The notes below the pieces were generated by a model that was given only the letters and a program-made list of their open reading frames with translations, was not told the DNA's origin and did not search any database. A stretch of DNA of 58,589 bases, taken from NCBI GenBank assembly GCA_021791755.1, contig JAJYWA010000004.1:1-58589 (forward strand), in the 5' to 3' direction. This DNA comes from Actinomycetes bacterium (GTDB lineage: Bacteria; Actinomycetota; Acidimicrobiia; Acidimicrobiales; JAJZXF01). This document shows positions 18,166-28,307 of this stretch, piece after piece (position 1 is the stretch's first letter; each line of letters opens with the position of its first letter). The position numbers were made by a program, and so were the translations under genes.

Positions 18166-19074
18166 TTAGGAGAGAGCCGGTCGGGCGGGCTCGGCGACGA
18201 GTGCCCGAGCTCGTTCGAAGATGGCGTCCAGCATCTGCCTGGTGAGCTTGCCGGTAAACGTGTTCTGCTGGCTGGGATGGTACGAGCAGATAAGCGTTCT
18301 TCCGCCTGGGTTGGCGGCGCTGACCGAGGCGTTCTCACGTGTGCTGCCAGCTACGGTATGGGTGCCAGCTCGGGAGCTCTGGGCCTCGATGGTATCGTCT
18401 ATTCCGGCCGGTCGTGACAGTTGGCTCGGTCGTGACGCCTGGCTAGGTCGGATGTTGCCCTGGCGGGCGTTGCCTGCTCTGGCCAGTCTTGTGTCGAGGG
18501 GGATCTCTCTGCCGTGCGCAAACTTGGGGCGCGGTCTGAGGCCTTCTATCTTTGCAAGTGCCTCGTACGCGAAGTGGCCCAGCGCCACGACGACCCGTAC
18601 GTTTGCGAGAAGCTCCATCTCACGTACAAGGAATGGGACGCAGGCGTCCTTCTCGCAAGACGATGGTTTGTTCGCCGGAGGAGCGCAGCGGACCACTGCT
18701 GTGAGGTAGGCGCCGCAGAGCTGCATGGATGCTGTCGTGTCTCCGCTCGGTGGCTGGCTCGCGAAGCCTGCTGAACGAAGAGCTCCGAAGAGCCAGTCGC
18801 CTGACCGGTCGCCGGTGAACATGCGGCCGGTCCTGTTCGCTCCATGGGCCGCAGGTGCGAGGCCCACCACCAGCAGGCTCGCTGACTCATCGCCGAGGCC
18901 CGGAACCGGCTTTCCCCAGTACAGCTCGTCGCGGAAAGAAGCGCGACGCTCGGATGCGACCTTCTCACGCCAGGCGACAAGTCGCGGGCAGCGCCGACAT
19001 GACGTGATGTCACTTGCCAGGATCTCGAAGCGGTTATCTAACGAACTTCCAATCGGTTGGCTGTTACCTGTCAA
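18166..19074 (-). CDS. udgB: Uracil-DNA glycosylase family 5 (UdgB), Fe-S type, with a low-complexity insert
   Basis: CRRCPRL, GLAPAAHGANRTGRMFTGD, RCAPPANKP, YHPSQQN. Confidence 0.93.
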   Translation of the reverse strand: MTGNSQPIGSSLDNRFEILASDITSCRRCPRLVAWREKVASERRASFRDELYWGKPVPGLGDESASLLVVGLAPAAHGANRTGRMFTGDRSGDWLFGALRSAGFASQPPSGDTTASMQLCGAYLTAVVRCAPPANKPSSCEKDACVPFLVREMELLANVRVVVALGHFAYEALAKIEGLRPRPKFAHGREIPLDTRLARAGNARQGNIRPSQASRPSQLSRPAGIDDTIEAQSSRAGTHTVAGSTRENASVSAANPGGRTLICSYHPSQQNTFTGKLTRQMLDAIFERARALVAEPARPALS

Positions 19075-19078
19075 GACG

Positions 19079-20554
19079 TCAACCGGGAAGGATGATATGC
19101 AGCCGTGAACGCATGACCGCCATCACTCGGCGAGCAACGATCTCCGATCCTCCAGACGCCAGATGCACGCCATCCGGCGTCCTGACCTCTATCTCGGTGC
19201 CTGATGGCGTGGTGAGGTACTCCTCGTACTGGCCTCCGGGTCCACAAAGCACAGCGGTCGAGCTGACGTAGGTGACGCCAGGATGCAGTATGGACTGCGC
19301 TCGGTCGATGTTGTCGATCATCTTCATGTCGGCAGACAACGTGGGATCTGCCATGGACGGCATCCCCACCCATATCACCTGCGCACCCCGAGAGGTTGCC
19401 TCTGTCATCATGAGCGCCGCTCGCTGGCCGTACGCGGCGACCCAGGATGCTGTTCCTACGGTCATGACTTGGTTGTTCACTATGAAGTTCTGGGCATCAT
19501 TGCCTCCAATCATGACTACGACGACCTGTGGCGCGTACTTGACCATGTCCGCGTTCAGCTCGGCTGGCCAGTTGAAGTAGTCAGGACGGGAAAGACCCGT
19601 GTCGACGTGGGCGTCGAGAATCGCCCCTACCGCGTCGGTAGCCGCCAGGTCATTCACGAGGCTGTAGCCGAGATCCTCGCCTATCGAGTCTCCAATGATC
19701 AGCACTCGAAGTGGGTTCGACGCGGTCGGGTGTACGTAGACAGGTTGCGGCGCTGGTGTCGAGGAGGCCGAACGCGGACCTGGAAGATGCTCCAGAAAGT
19801 CAGGCGGCGGGCCCGGAAGGTGGCTACCCTTCGGAACGCTGATGGGGCCTTTCGCGATGAGCTGCACTCCACTGACGCCGTGGCGTCCCATCGCGTCGTG
19901 CGCAGAGGTGACGATCTCGCTGAGGCCGGTGTGACCAGCCAACCAGGACAGTGGGCGCAGGACTGTGACCGACACGCTGCGTCGAGCGCCGAGCGGAGAA
20001 GCCAGCGCCGCACGCTCGAGTGTATGCGCGTCCAGGAGAAGCCAGAGACCAAAGCACACCAGTCCAGCCACTGCAATCCGGCGGATTGGAGCGCTCCTGG
20101 ATGGCGTCACGCGCTCGCGAGCCTTCCACGCTCGCCAAGTGCCCCAAGCGATCTGGCACTTCTTCCAGGCAACATCTCGCACTTCAGCCAGCCGCATCCG
20201 AGCGGTTGGCACCCGTGCCACCATTACGCTTCGCGTTGCTCGCGTTTCAGGTGTTCTCAGAGTTACCGGGGTGTCCGGCGTATCTTGCGGAGATCGCTCC
20301 TCCCAGCGGCCACGACTCGGCAGCGTGCGACTCGAAGTGTCCAGGTTGCCCGGCGCTGTTCGTGCCTCCGTTGCGTTAGTGTCCCCTGCTGTCTTAGCGT
20401 CTTCTGCGTGGCGCTCGCCGACGCGGCCGTCGCCAGCAGGGTGGTCACCTGTGTTGCGGTCGACGGTCACAGTTGAAGTACGAGCTTGAGCTTGAGGTGA
20501 ACGAGAACTGCCAGCGAGAGCACAGCCAATTATACGCGAGAGCGCACTAGCCAC
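19079..20554 (-). CDS. Membrane-anchored SGNH/GDSL protein (DUF459-like); true start uncertain
   Basis: IGDSIG, TGLSRPDYFNW, IGGND, DGVH; TM 'IAVAGLVCFGLWLLL'. Confidence 0.85.
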   Translation of the reverse strand: MASALSRIIGCALAGSSRSPQAQARTSTVTVDRNTGDHPAGDGRVGERHAEDAKTAGDTNATEARTAPGNLDTSSRTLPSRGRWEERSPQDTPDTPVTLRTPETRATRSVMVARVPTARMRLAEVRDVAWKKCQIAWGTWRAWKARERVTPSRSAPIRRIAVAGLVCFGLWLLLDAHTLERAALASPLGARRSVSVTVLRPLSWLAGHTGLSEIVTSAHDAMGRHGVSGVQLIAKGPISVPKGSHLPGPPPDFLEHLPGPRSASSTPAPQPVYVHPTASNPLRVLIIGDSIGEDLGYSLVNDLAATDAVGAILDAHVDTGLSRPDYFNWPAELNADMVKYAPQVVVVMIGGNDAQNFIVNNQVMTVGTASWVAAYGQRAALMMTEATSRGAQVIWVGMPSMADPTLSADMKMIDNIDRAQSILHPGVTYVSSTAVLCGPGGQYEEYLTTPSGTEIEVRTPDGVHLASGGSEIVARRVMAVMRSRLHIILPG

Positions 20555-21119
20555 ACGCTTGCGTAGCTCGTGGGTACGGCGAAGTTCATGAACGGTCAGG
20601 CCACGTCTATGCCGGGAGGCCCATAAATGTCACGAGAGCGTGCGACTGCAGCGCCGCTTGGGACTGGTCTTCGGTCTCGGGAGCCGGCGGGACCTCGTCG
20701 AACCGCGGAGGCGGCTTGTTGAGCATGAGCGCGCTGATGATGCGGCGCTGACCACAAGTGGGCTCGCTACGCTTACTACGCTAGCTACGTTGCAGACGTG
20801 CAAGACGAGCAACGCGAGCGGGCAACCAACACGAAGACGGTTACGCCACCGCCAGAGTGAGATTTCTGGACTGTAACTCTCGACGATGACTTGCTCGGTC
20901 ACCTGGGCCGACCATGCACCGGTAGTGGTGGTGGTCCGAGGCAGGCTGGGGTGATGATCCATCGACAGAAAAGTTTTTGCTTCGTTGACCAGGACGCCGA
21001 CGAGAGCTGCCGTCTTGTCGGCACTCGAGCCAGAGCGCACTTCACGAGCAGCTCGGCAAGCTGGATGAGCCTCCAGGACAGCAGGCGCTCTTCGCTCCGA
21101 CGGCCCGCTACTCATTAAA

Positions 21120-21137
21120 TGTACGTCAATGTACACT
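21120..21137 (+). promoter_or_regulatory. Putative TA operator (TGTAC-N6-GTACA) overlapping a TACACT -10 box
   Basis: tgtacgtcaatgtacact directly upstream of the antitoxin. Confidence 0.55.
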
Positions 21138-21144
21138 ATGGTGC

Positions 21145-21440
21145 ATCTTGACGGTGACGATCAGTGAGACATGGGCAGCACTCCCCGAAGTGATCGACCG
21201 CGTCGGAAGGAGGTAAGAGATCACGATCACCCGCCACGGCAGACCGGTGGCGGTCGTGGTGCGCCCAGACGCGCTTCGTGGTCGTCGCGCGGCGCAAGCG
21301 TTGAGAACGGCAGAACAGATCCGGGCACTGATCGAAGCCGGTCGGCGAAGTCCCCTGTCGCGTTCGACCGGCATCACGGCTGCACGCGCAGATGAGTTGG
21401 TGGACGCTATCAGGGCAGAACGAGACGAGCAGACCGGATG
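21145..21440 (+). pseudogene. Phd/YefM antitoxin with nonsense codon (end approximate)
   Basis: TVTISETWAALPEVIDRVGRR*EITITRHGRPVAVVVRPD; TAA at 21214-21216. Confidence 0.85.
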
Positions 21441-21754
21441 GACGTGTCTTTGTAGGCGTCGGGTCCACGCTGGCGCTACGGGAGGCGCTCACCAAGCCGA
21501 CACGCGATGGCGCCGACGATGAGGTCGCGGCCCTTGCCGCACTGCTCGCCCGGCTCGAGATGCGCCTCGTCGACGAGACGATTGCCTCGCTTGCCGTGGC
21601 GTTCGGCGCCTCGTATGGGTTGAGGTCAGCAGACGCCATTCATCTCGCCACGGCTGTCCTCGCTGGCGCCGACCGCTTCATCACCAACAATCGACGCGAC
21701 TTCTCCCAGTCGATCGAAGAGGTCACGGTCACGTATCCGCCAGACCTGCCATAG
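21438..21754 (+). pseudogene. vapC: VapC/PIN toxin, N-terminally deleted
   Basis: C-terminal PIN motifs (EALTKP, YGLRSADAIHLATA, FITNNRRDF) present; the first-strand DxxxxI motif is missing and ATG GAC at 21438 is out of frame. Confidence 0.8.
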
Positions 21755-21893
21755 CGTCCCGGGGATCGGTGATCGGGTCGGCGCTATGGCAGATGTTGAC
21801 GGCGCAGGCATCTCGGTCGGGCACGTGGAAGATCGCTTGGGCCGGAGCACGTGGAGGTCGCCAGGGTAAGGGCGCCGTGGAAGATCGCTGGGG

Positions 21894-22868
21894 CTACGGT
21901 GCTGGGGCCTGCGTCCGTGTCTTCGGGCTCTCAGGCGACTGCTGCTTCGTGACCGGCGAGTCCGCTGGATTGATGCGGCGATGGGCTGCAACGATAGCGT
22001 CTGCACACGCATGAGGGTCCTCGAGCGGGCCCAGGTGGCCGAGGTTCGGCATCTCCATCACGGTTGGGCTTGGGAGCTTCTTTGCCATTGCCTCGATCAG
22101 GCCAGCTCCGATCGAGGTTGTCTCGGCCCCGTAGGCGAGCGTCACCGGGCAAGAGACCGTGTCGAGGCGCTGGAAGGCATCGTGGGCGAAGCCCTGGGCA
22201 TAGATCTCGGCCTCGTCGTCTCGCCGGCAAGCGAGACGGAAGCCTCCAGCAGGCCTGGCTATGAGGCCATGGTCCACGTACGCCGTCAGCGCCTCGGGCG
22301 ACATCGACGAAAGGGGGGGTTTCCGGGAGAAGTTGTCGAACGCTTGATCCCTTGACTCGAAGACCTCCTGGCGCTTGAGCGCCGCCCTGGTCAGAGGATT
22401 GTCTGGGAGACCCTCGGGTGGAAGAGGGCCGGCGACGTCGAGGACGACAGGCTCGTAGCAGAACAGGTCTCGGAAGGTTCCTGGGCGGCGCTCCTCGGCG
22501 AGCAGGAGAGCGGCGCCTCCGGAGGAGTGGCCGAACGCAGAGGGCTGTTCGAGGTCCATTGCATGGACCACGGCGAGAACGTCGTCGGCGAAGGAGCTCC
22601 AGGCAAAGGAGAAGGAGGCGGGTCGCGGCCGGCTAGAGGCGCCGTGGCAACGTTGATCAAAGGCGATGCAGTGGAAGCTGCTGCGCAGCTCCTTCACGAG
22701 TGGAGTAAAGACCATTCCGTGGAAACCGGTGGCGTGGGCAAGTAGGAGCGCTGGGCCATCGCCCCCGAAGTCGTGAACGGCCACCGTAACGCCATCGGTC
22801 GACTCCACGACGCTGCTCTTGCACTCGCTCGCGACAGCGTTGCCCACGGTCATCACGGTGTTCTGCAT
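21894..22868 (-). CDS. Alpha/beta-fold hydrolase
   Basis: HATGF, DQRCHGAS, GHSSGG nucleophile elbow, GHLGP. Confidence 0.92.
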   Translation of the reverse strand: MQNTVMTVGNAVASECKSSVVESTDGVTVAVHDFGGDGPALLLAHATGFHGMVFTPLVKELRSSFHCIAFDQRCHGASSRPRPASFSFAWSSFADDVLAVVHAMDLEQPSAFGHSSGGAALLLAEERRPGTFRDLFCYEPVVLDVAGPLPPEGLPDNPLTRAALKRQEVFESRDQAFDNFSRKPPLSSMSPEALTAYVDHGLIARPAGGFRLACRRDDEAEIYAQGFAHDAFQRLDTVSCPVTLAYGAETTSIGAGLIEAMAKKLPSPTVMEMPNLGHLGPLEDPHACADAIVAAHRRINPADSPVTKQQSPESPKTRTQAPAP

Positions 22869-22937
22869 GGCGCGCTGCTCAGCCGCTTCTCAGCAGCTGA
22901 TGTGAGAGACGGACAGAAACAGGCTAGAACCTTGTAC

Positions 22938-23588
22938 GTGGAAAACTTTGTGCTGACCTCCGGCTACCTCGCGGTCTTCTTGCTCATGGTAGCGGAGTCG
23001 GCATGCATTCCGGTGCCATCCGAGGTTGTGATGCCGGTCGCAGGGGCGCTCGCCGCTGGGGTCACCCTCAGTGGCTCTCACCTGAAGCTGAACCTGGCGC
23101 TGGTCATCGTTCTCGGCACACTCGGAAACCTGGTGGGCAGCTACATCGCGTGGGCGGTGGGCAGGACTGGTGGCCGGGTGCTGGTGAACCGTTTGGGCAA
23201 GTTCCTGCTCATTCGCGAGGAGGACCTTGCAAGGGCGGAGCGTTGGTTCGATCGCCACGGCGAGCCGGCGGTCTTCGCGAGCCGGCTCCTTCCTGTGGTC
23301 CGGACCTTCATCTCGCTCCCGGCCGGGGCAGCCGAGATGCCACCGGTCCGCTTTGGCGCGTACACGACTCTTGGCAGCCTTCCGTGGACTGCTGCTCTAG
23401 CGCTGGTGGGCTACGAGCTCGGCAGCAAGTGGCACACGATCGTCAAGGGCTTTGATGTGGCGACGTATGCCATCGCGGCGGTGATAGCGGTGGTGATCGT
23501 GGGCTTCTTCATCGTGCGGCTGCGCCAGAGGGGCTCCGGAGCCGGAGCGCAGGGCCACGCGGAGCGCATGACGGCTGGCGACCGGTAG
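22938..23588 (+). CDS. dedA: DedA-family membrane protein
   Basis: AESACIPVPSEVVM, GNLVGSYIAWAVG, RLLPVVRTFISLPAG; the longer 22773 start would overlap the divergent hydrolase. Confidence 0.93.
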   Translation: MENFVLTSGYLAVFLLMVAESACIPVPSEVVMPVAGALAAGVTLSGSHLKLNLALVIVLGTLGNLVGSYIAWAVGRTGGRVLVNRLGKFLLIREEDLARAERWFDRHGEPAVFASRLLPVVRTFISLPAGAAEMPPVRFGAYTTLGSLPWTAALALVGYELGSKWHTIVKGFDVATYAIAAVIAVVIVGFFIVRLRQRGSGAGAQGHAERMTAGDR

Positions 23589-23654
23589 GGGCTCCTCGGA
23601 GCAGGTCAGGGTGTCGGCGACCGGTAGGGGTGCTTCTGGGCAGGTAAGCTGACC
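23577..23654. repeat. Imperfect 2 x 39 bp tandem repeat duplicating the dedA 3' end
   Basis: ggcgaccggtagggg...gcaggt at 23577 and 23616. Confidence 0.8.
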
Positions 23655-23657
23655 TTC

Positions 23658-25175
23658 TTGAGCTGCTCTGGTGGCAAGGTCGGTGGCGCTGGCGAGCCTG
23701 GGGACGAGGGCCGCCTGAGGTTTCAGCAGGCGTCTGCGCCGGTCGAAGAGCTCATCCGCGTGAGGGCCGCAATGGCATCTGCAGGCTTTCCGATCTACGT
23801 CGCAGCAGGGCGGCATGGCTGGGTGTGTGAGAAGCCGGAGGGGTCGGTGCTCGTCCTGGGCCCGCCGCGGTCGGGAAAGACGGCTTGCATCATGATCCCG
23901 AACGTTCTCGCGGCGTACGGCCCGGTGGTGTCGACCTCGACGAAGCAGGACGTCTTCTTCGCGACCGTCTCGGCACGCCGGTCACTGGGCACGTGCTGGA
24001 GCTTCGACCCGTCCGGGAGCATGCCTTCGTTCGAGGGAACGGTCCCGTTGCGCTGGTCCCCAGCTGATGCATGCTCAGAGTGGGACGACGCGGTGGCTAT
24101 GGCAGACCTCATGGTGCGAACTGCCCGCATGCAGTCTCGCGGCGACGACATGAGCTTCTGGAACGAACGGGCGAACACCCTGCTCGCCCCCCTTCTCCAC
24201 GCGGCAGCGATCAGTGGAGCGGGGATGCGCGCCGTTCTGGACAGCATCCAGCGCAGGGATCCCGGCGACGCGCTCGCGATCCTGGAGTCGGCGGGCGCTG
24301 AGCGCGCTGTCGCCGCGCTCTCCGATGTGGAGGGTGCGCACGAGCGGGAGAGGTCTGGCAACTACTCGACGCTCTCGGCCGTGCTGGGCGCCTACCGCTT
24401 GTCGGGCGCTCTCGAGAATGCCACGGACGCGAACTTCGATCCAACCTCGTTCGTGGATGGCGCAGACACGATCTACATCTGCTCGCCGTCCCACCGCCAG
24501 GCGGTGGTTGCACCGATTGTGGTCGGCCTGATCAAGGTTGTACAGCGGGCTACGATCGCTCGGTTTGCGGCCCACGAGCTCTCGTCATGGACCGGCGGCC
24601 TGGAGGGTGGCGCCCTGGAGGGTGGCGCCCTGCAGGGTGGCGGCGGGAAGGCAGGTGGCCTGGGCCAGGTGGAACGGAGGCCACCCGTGCTGATGGCTCT
24701 CGATGAACTGGCGAACATTGTCCCGCTGTGGGATCTCGACTCGATGGTTGCCGATGGTGGGAGCCAGGGGTTGTCGATTCTCGCCTGCTTGCAGGACATG
24801 TCGCAGGCTCGGGCGAGATGGGGCACGGCCGCCGAGGGGTTCTTCACCGTGTTCGGCACGAAGGTGCTGCTCGCGGGGATCGGTGACCAGCGTACGCTCC
24901 AGCTCGTGTCGGCTCTGTCGGGCGACGCGGATGCGCGGGTCCGGTCAGTGACGCGGGCAGCGCCCCAAGCGCTCGGATGGGCATCGCTCCGACCACGGCG
25001 CACGAGCATCACCTCATCGACCCGGCGCCAGCCGGTGTTGCCGGTTGACGAGGTGGCACGGGGGCGACCAGGCATGGCGCTCGTGATAGCGCAGATGGCG
25101 AAGCCCGAGTGGGCCCAGCTGACACCGTGGTACTCGTCCGAGCCGTGGCGGACGATCGCCTCGGCCAGCCCGTAG
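23658..25175 (+). CDS. VirD4/TraG-like type IV coupling ATPase with no N-terminal TM; start uncertain
   Basis: Walker A GPPRSGKT, VVSTSTKQD, FDPSG, RWSP, FWNERA, Walker B MALDELANI, QDMSQARARWG. Confidence 0.88.
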   Translation: MSCSGGKVGGAGEPGDEGRLRFQQASAPVEELIRVRAAMASAGFPIYVAAGRHGWVCEKPEGSVLVLGPPRSGKTACIMIPNVLAAYGPVVSTSTKQDVFFATVSARRSLGTCWSFDPSGSMPSFEGTVPLRWSPADACSEWDDAVAMADLMVRTARMQSRGDDMSFWNERANTLLAPLLHAAAISGAGMRAVLDSIQRRDPGDALAILESAGAERAVAALSDVEGAHERERSGNYSTLSAVLGAYRLSGALENATDANFDPTSFVDGADTIYICSPSHRQAVVAPIVVGLIKVVQRATIARFAAHELSSWTGGLEGGALEGGALQGGGGKAGGLGQVERRPPVLMALDELANIVPLWDLDSMVADGGSQGLSILACLQDMSQARARWGTAAEGFFTVFGTKVLLAGIGDQRTLQLVSALSGDADARVRSVTRAAPQALGWASLRPRRTSITSSTRRQPVLPVDEVARGRPGMALVIAQMAKPEWAQLTPWYSSEPWRTIASASP

Positions 25176-25189
25176 GCCCTGGCCCTGCT

Positions 25190-25263
25190 GGCCCTGGCGC
25201 TGGCCCTGGAATAGGCGCAGACCCGAGGCCCTGGCGCCGGCCCTGGACTAGGCGCACACCCGA
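25190..25263. repeat. 2 x 37 bp intergenic tandem repeat
   Basis: ggccctggcgc(t/c)ggccctgga(a/c)taggcgca(g/c)acccga x2. Confidence 0.9.
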
Positions 25264-25583
25264 GGCCGTGGCTGCGGCGTAGGGCTTTGGCGAGCGCGCT
25301 GAGTGGGGGGATCTTCTTGCCAACGGCGTGCGTGCGCTAAAATACGCATATGTCATCAGCGTCATCCGCAGAGTCGCCTGCTATATACCGTTGTCAACGC
25401 TGTGGAGCAATAGTGCATCCAGCCAACCCTGAAAGCAGCCTTGCGACATGGTGTCCCCGCTGCAAGACATTTGTCACCGCAGATGTTGATGGCGGCGAGG
25501 GAGCTGCTCTTCGCTGACGCGCTGGCGGACGCGCTGGCGGGACGCCGTTGAAAGTGTGGGCGGAGCAGTTAGGATCGCTTCTG

Positions 25584-28307
25584 GTGCCCGGACACTTTAC
25601 GCACATCTACATGGCCCGCCAGGTTGCGGACTGGCTGTCAGGTCACGCGTGCTTCAATCCCGACGACAGCAGCGGCGCAAGCGACAGCCAAGGCCAAGGC
25701 CCTGCCAGCGGCAGCGGCAGCGGCATCGGCATCGGACCATTGCTTGGCGGGCTTGGCGGGCTGGATCCAGGGCGGGCTGGCGAGGTGATGTCGAGATGGC
25801 CTAAGTTCACCGGGCTCGGGGCCGTCGGACCGGACTTGTTCTTCTATTGCCAGGACTACTCTAACGGCGGCTTCACCGAGCACCCGCTCCCGGACGATCT
25901 GTTGATGCTCGCGATGGGCGTCGTCTATGCGGTTCGGGACGGCGGCGAGGAGAGGATGCGCCCGTTGCTGGTCCTGCTCGCCGAGGCGAACCAGCTCTTC
26001 GCTGGGATCGTAAGGATGATGATCAAGCTGGAGTCGATGTGGGGCGACGTCGTGAGCGTGTACAACGGGTCGGTCGATGCGATCGTCAGCGCGCTTGCCG
26101 CAGCCGCTGATGACCTTACCGGTGGAATCGTCGCTCAGGCGAGGGTAGCGCTGGACAACGTCGTGAACGGCGTCAAGCGCGCAGTCGCCGACGAGGTTGC
26201 CAGCTCGGATGATTTCTTCGCGGCGTTCGCCAAGGGGACTCGCAGCGGGTGGGACGAAAGGTCATTTGCCTGGAGCGACATGCTGCATTACCGCAAGACG
26301 AGCCAGATGCCTCGGAACCTGCTGCTCGAGGCCGAGCGGCAGTTCGAGCTCGACGGCGACGAGGAAAAGCGCGAGCAGTTCCAAGCCTTCGCTCTCGGGT
26401 GGACGTGCCACGTCGGAACGGACGTGATTGGCCACTCCTTCGTCAACGAGCAGGCGGGCGGACCCTTCCGCACGCACTGGCAGCGCCATCACGTGATCGA
26501 GAACCATATGGACGCGTGGATCTACCGGCAGGCCGGAGCCGGAGGGGCGCTCCCGCTGGACCAGCTGGGGGCGGATGAGACCTATCCTGACATAGGCGAG
26601 TCGGCTCTCACCTTTGCGATCGGCTTGAGCGGCGACCGCCCGGAAGGTTGGGAGCGGCCGGAGAGCCTCCCCGAAGATGCCTCGGAGGTGAGAAAGCTGG
26701 TCGACTTGCCGTGCGAGATGCCCCGTTGGCTAGCGGAGGGGATCGTGCGGGCCATGATAGCGACCTACTGCGTGCCGGGCGAGCCGCAGCCCGAGAACCT
26801 CGGCGGTGACTCTTTCGCGCCAATGATCCCCAGTTCCCTGAACGCCCTCGAACCGCTCCTGCACGGCGCGGGGATAGCTCCCGAGACCCTTGACGAGCCG
26901 CTTGACGTTATCGCAGGGCGCGTCGCCTGGCGGCCGTCTGCTGATTTCGCTGTTCCGCGAGGCTACCCGCAGCCGTGGGAGCTTCAGGTCAGCTACCAGT
27001 TCATGCTCACGTACTTCAGACTTGCGTTCTGGGGCGGTTCCGGGCTCGCGAAGCCACAAAGACCCTCGTTGGTCGAGAGGCCGCCTCGCTCAGGCGCCGT
27101 CACTGGTTCCAGGCGAGCCCGCGACACGATCCGGGCGTTCACGAGCCCGGCGAGCTTCGGCATCCGCTACGCGCTGTACGAGGTCGCGATGTGGGGATGG
27201 GAGATGCTCAGTCGCGCTCACAACATCCTTGCTCACACGGGTTTTCTGCTCCCGCACGGGGAGCGGACCTACCCGGGAACGGGGGAGATGATGCTTCCGA
27301 ACGAGATCGACCTCGGGTTGATCAGCCTGGGTTCGACCGTCGACCCCGCCTTTGTGGAGGCGCTGGACAGTTCGGTGCGCTTTGTAGCCACCCTCGACTG
27401 CGATGCGGCGATCATCGGCCCGAGGCGTGATCCTCGCACCCGGGACTACCCGTACCTGCCAGTGCGGAGCGTGCAGGTCGCTGATGGTTCGGAGATCACG
27501 AATGCTGCGGGAATGGATGGCATGCTCTGGTCACTGCAGCGTCCAGCACGTGCTGCTCCGAACGAGCACCAACGGCCTTGGGCGCACCCGGACATCTCGA
27601 GGAGGCCGGATGGGAGCCTCTACCCCACGCCTTCAGAGCTGTCAGATCTCGATGCTCAACTGGAAGCCGCGGGTCGCCTGGCCGATCGCTCGGCCATCTT
27701 GGACGCGGGCGTGAGCCCTGCCGCAGGGACTCTCAGCGGTCCGTACCCGGCTGGCGCTCGCCCCGAGGACGTTCTCTTCCGGACCGGCCGGCTGGTTGAT
27801 CCGGCCGAGCGGGCGGCGTACGAGAACGCGGTGAGCCCTTCGCACACCGATGCGTTGAACGAGAGGTTGATTGGCCGGGGAGTGGGAGTGGATCATAGCC
27901 CGCTCGGAGATGCGATCCAGTTCTGCGGGTACCTGATGGGAAGGATCTTGTCCCCTGAGGGATATGGCGTCGACTTCAACCTCGATGCGGACAGGGGCTA
28001 CGGGTACCTGTGCTGGGACTGGATCCGCGGCGGCGCCGTCGCTGTGGATGACCGGGCCCGTAGCTACCGGCGGCCTAAGGCGCCTCCAGAGGGAGCGCGC
28101 CAGGAGCGTACCGGGACCGGAGAGCCGGCTCCAGGATGGGCTGGCGCAGCGCCGGACGCAGAGCAGGTCCCCGTGCAGCTACGTTACCTCGGGGTGGTGG
28201 AGCCAGAGGCTGCGCGCGGCGAGCGGTCCCTAGGGGGGCAGCGGGGCGCGGGGCGGTCGCGTGAGAGGCAGCGGGGCGCGGGGCGAACGAGGTCGGCAGC
28301 CCGTTGA
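25584..28307 (+). CDS. Large Zn-dependent phospholipase C / P1-nuclease-fold protein
   Basis: MPGHFTH, GAVGPDLFFY, SDMLHY, GWTCHVGTDVIGHSFVN, HHVIENHMD; no signal peptide evident. Confidence 0.8.
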   Translation: MPGHFTHIYMARQVADWLSGHACFNPDDSSGASDSQGQGPASGSGSGIGIGPLLGGLGGLDPGRAGEVMSRWPKFTGLGAVGPDLFFYCQDYSNGGFTEHPLPDDLLMLAMGVVYAVRDGGEERMRPLLVLLAEANQLFAGIVRMMIKLESMWGDVVSVYNGSVDAIVSALAAAADDLTGGIVAQARVALDNVVNGVKRAVADEVASSDDFFAAFAKGTRSGWDERSFAWSDMLHYRKTSQMPRNLLLEAERQFELDGDEEKREQFQAFALGWTCHVGTDVIGHSFVNEQAGGPFRTHWQRHHVIENHMDAWIYRQAGAGGALPLDQLGADETYPDIGESALTFAIGLSGDRPEGWERPESLPEDASEVRKLVDLPCEMPRWLAEGIVRAMIATYCVPGEPQPENLGGDSFAPMIPSSLNALEPLLHGAGIAPETLDEPLDVIAGRVAWRPSADFAVPRGYPQPWELQVSYQFMLTYFRLAFWGGSGLAKPQRPSLVERPPRSGAVTGSRRARDTIRAFTSPASFGIRYALYEVAMWGWEMLSRAHNILAHTGFLLPHGERTYPGTGEMMLPNEIDLGLISLGSTVDPAFVEALDSSVRFVATLDCDAAIIGPRRDPRTRDYPYLPVRSVQVADGSEITNAAGMDGMLWSLQRPARAAPNEHQRPWAHPDISRRPDGSLYPTPSELSDLDAQLEAAGRLADRSAILDAGVSPAAGTLSGPYPAGARPEDVLFRTGRLVDPAERAAYENAVSPSHTDALNERLIGRGVGVDHSPLGDAIQFCGYLMGRILSPEGYGVDFNLDADRGYGYLCWDWIRGGAVAVDDRARSYRRPKAPPEGARQERTGTGEPAPGWAGAAPDAEQVPVQLRYLGVVEPEAARGERSLGGQRGAGRSRERQRGAGRTRSAAR

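Noticed and set aside
20555-21119. ORFs 20630-21136(-), 20640-20876(+) and a 9-bp ctacgct repeat
   Set aside because: No recognisable domain or start signal; cannot be supported as genes.
25264-25583. Possible riboswitch, ncRNA or oriT between the VirD4-like and PLC genes
   Set aside because: No known consensus or convincing long stem found by eye; an Infernal/Rfam scan is needed.
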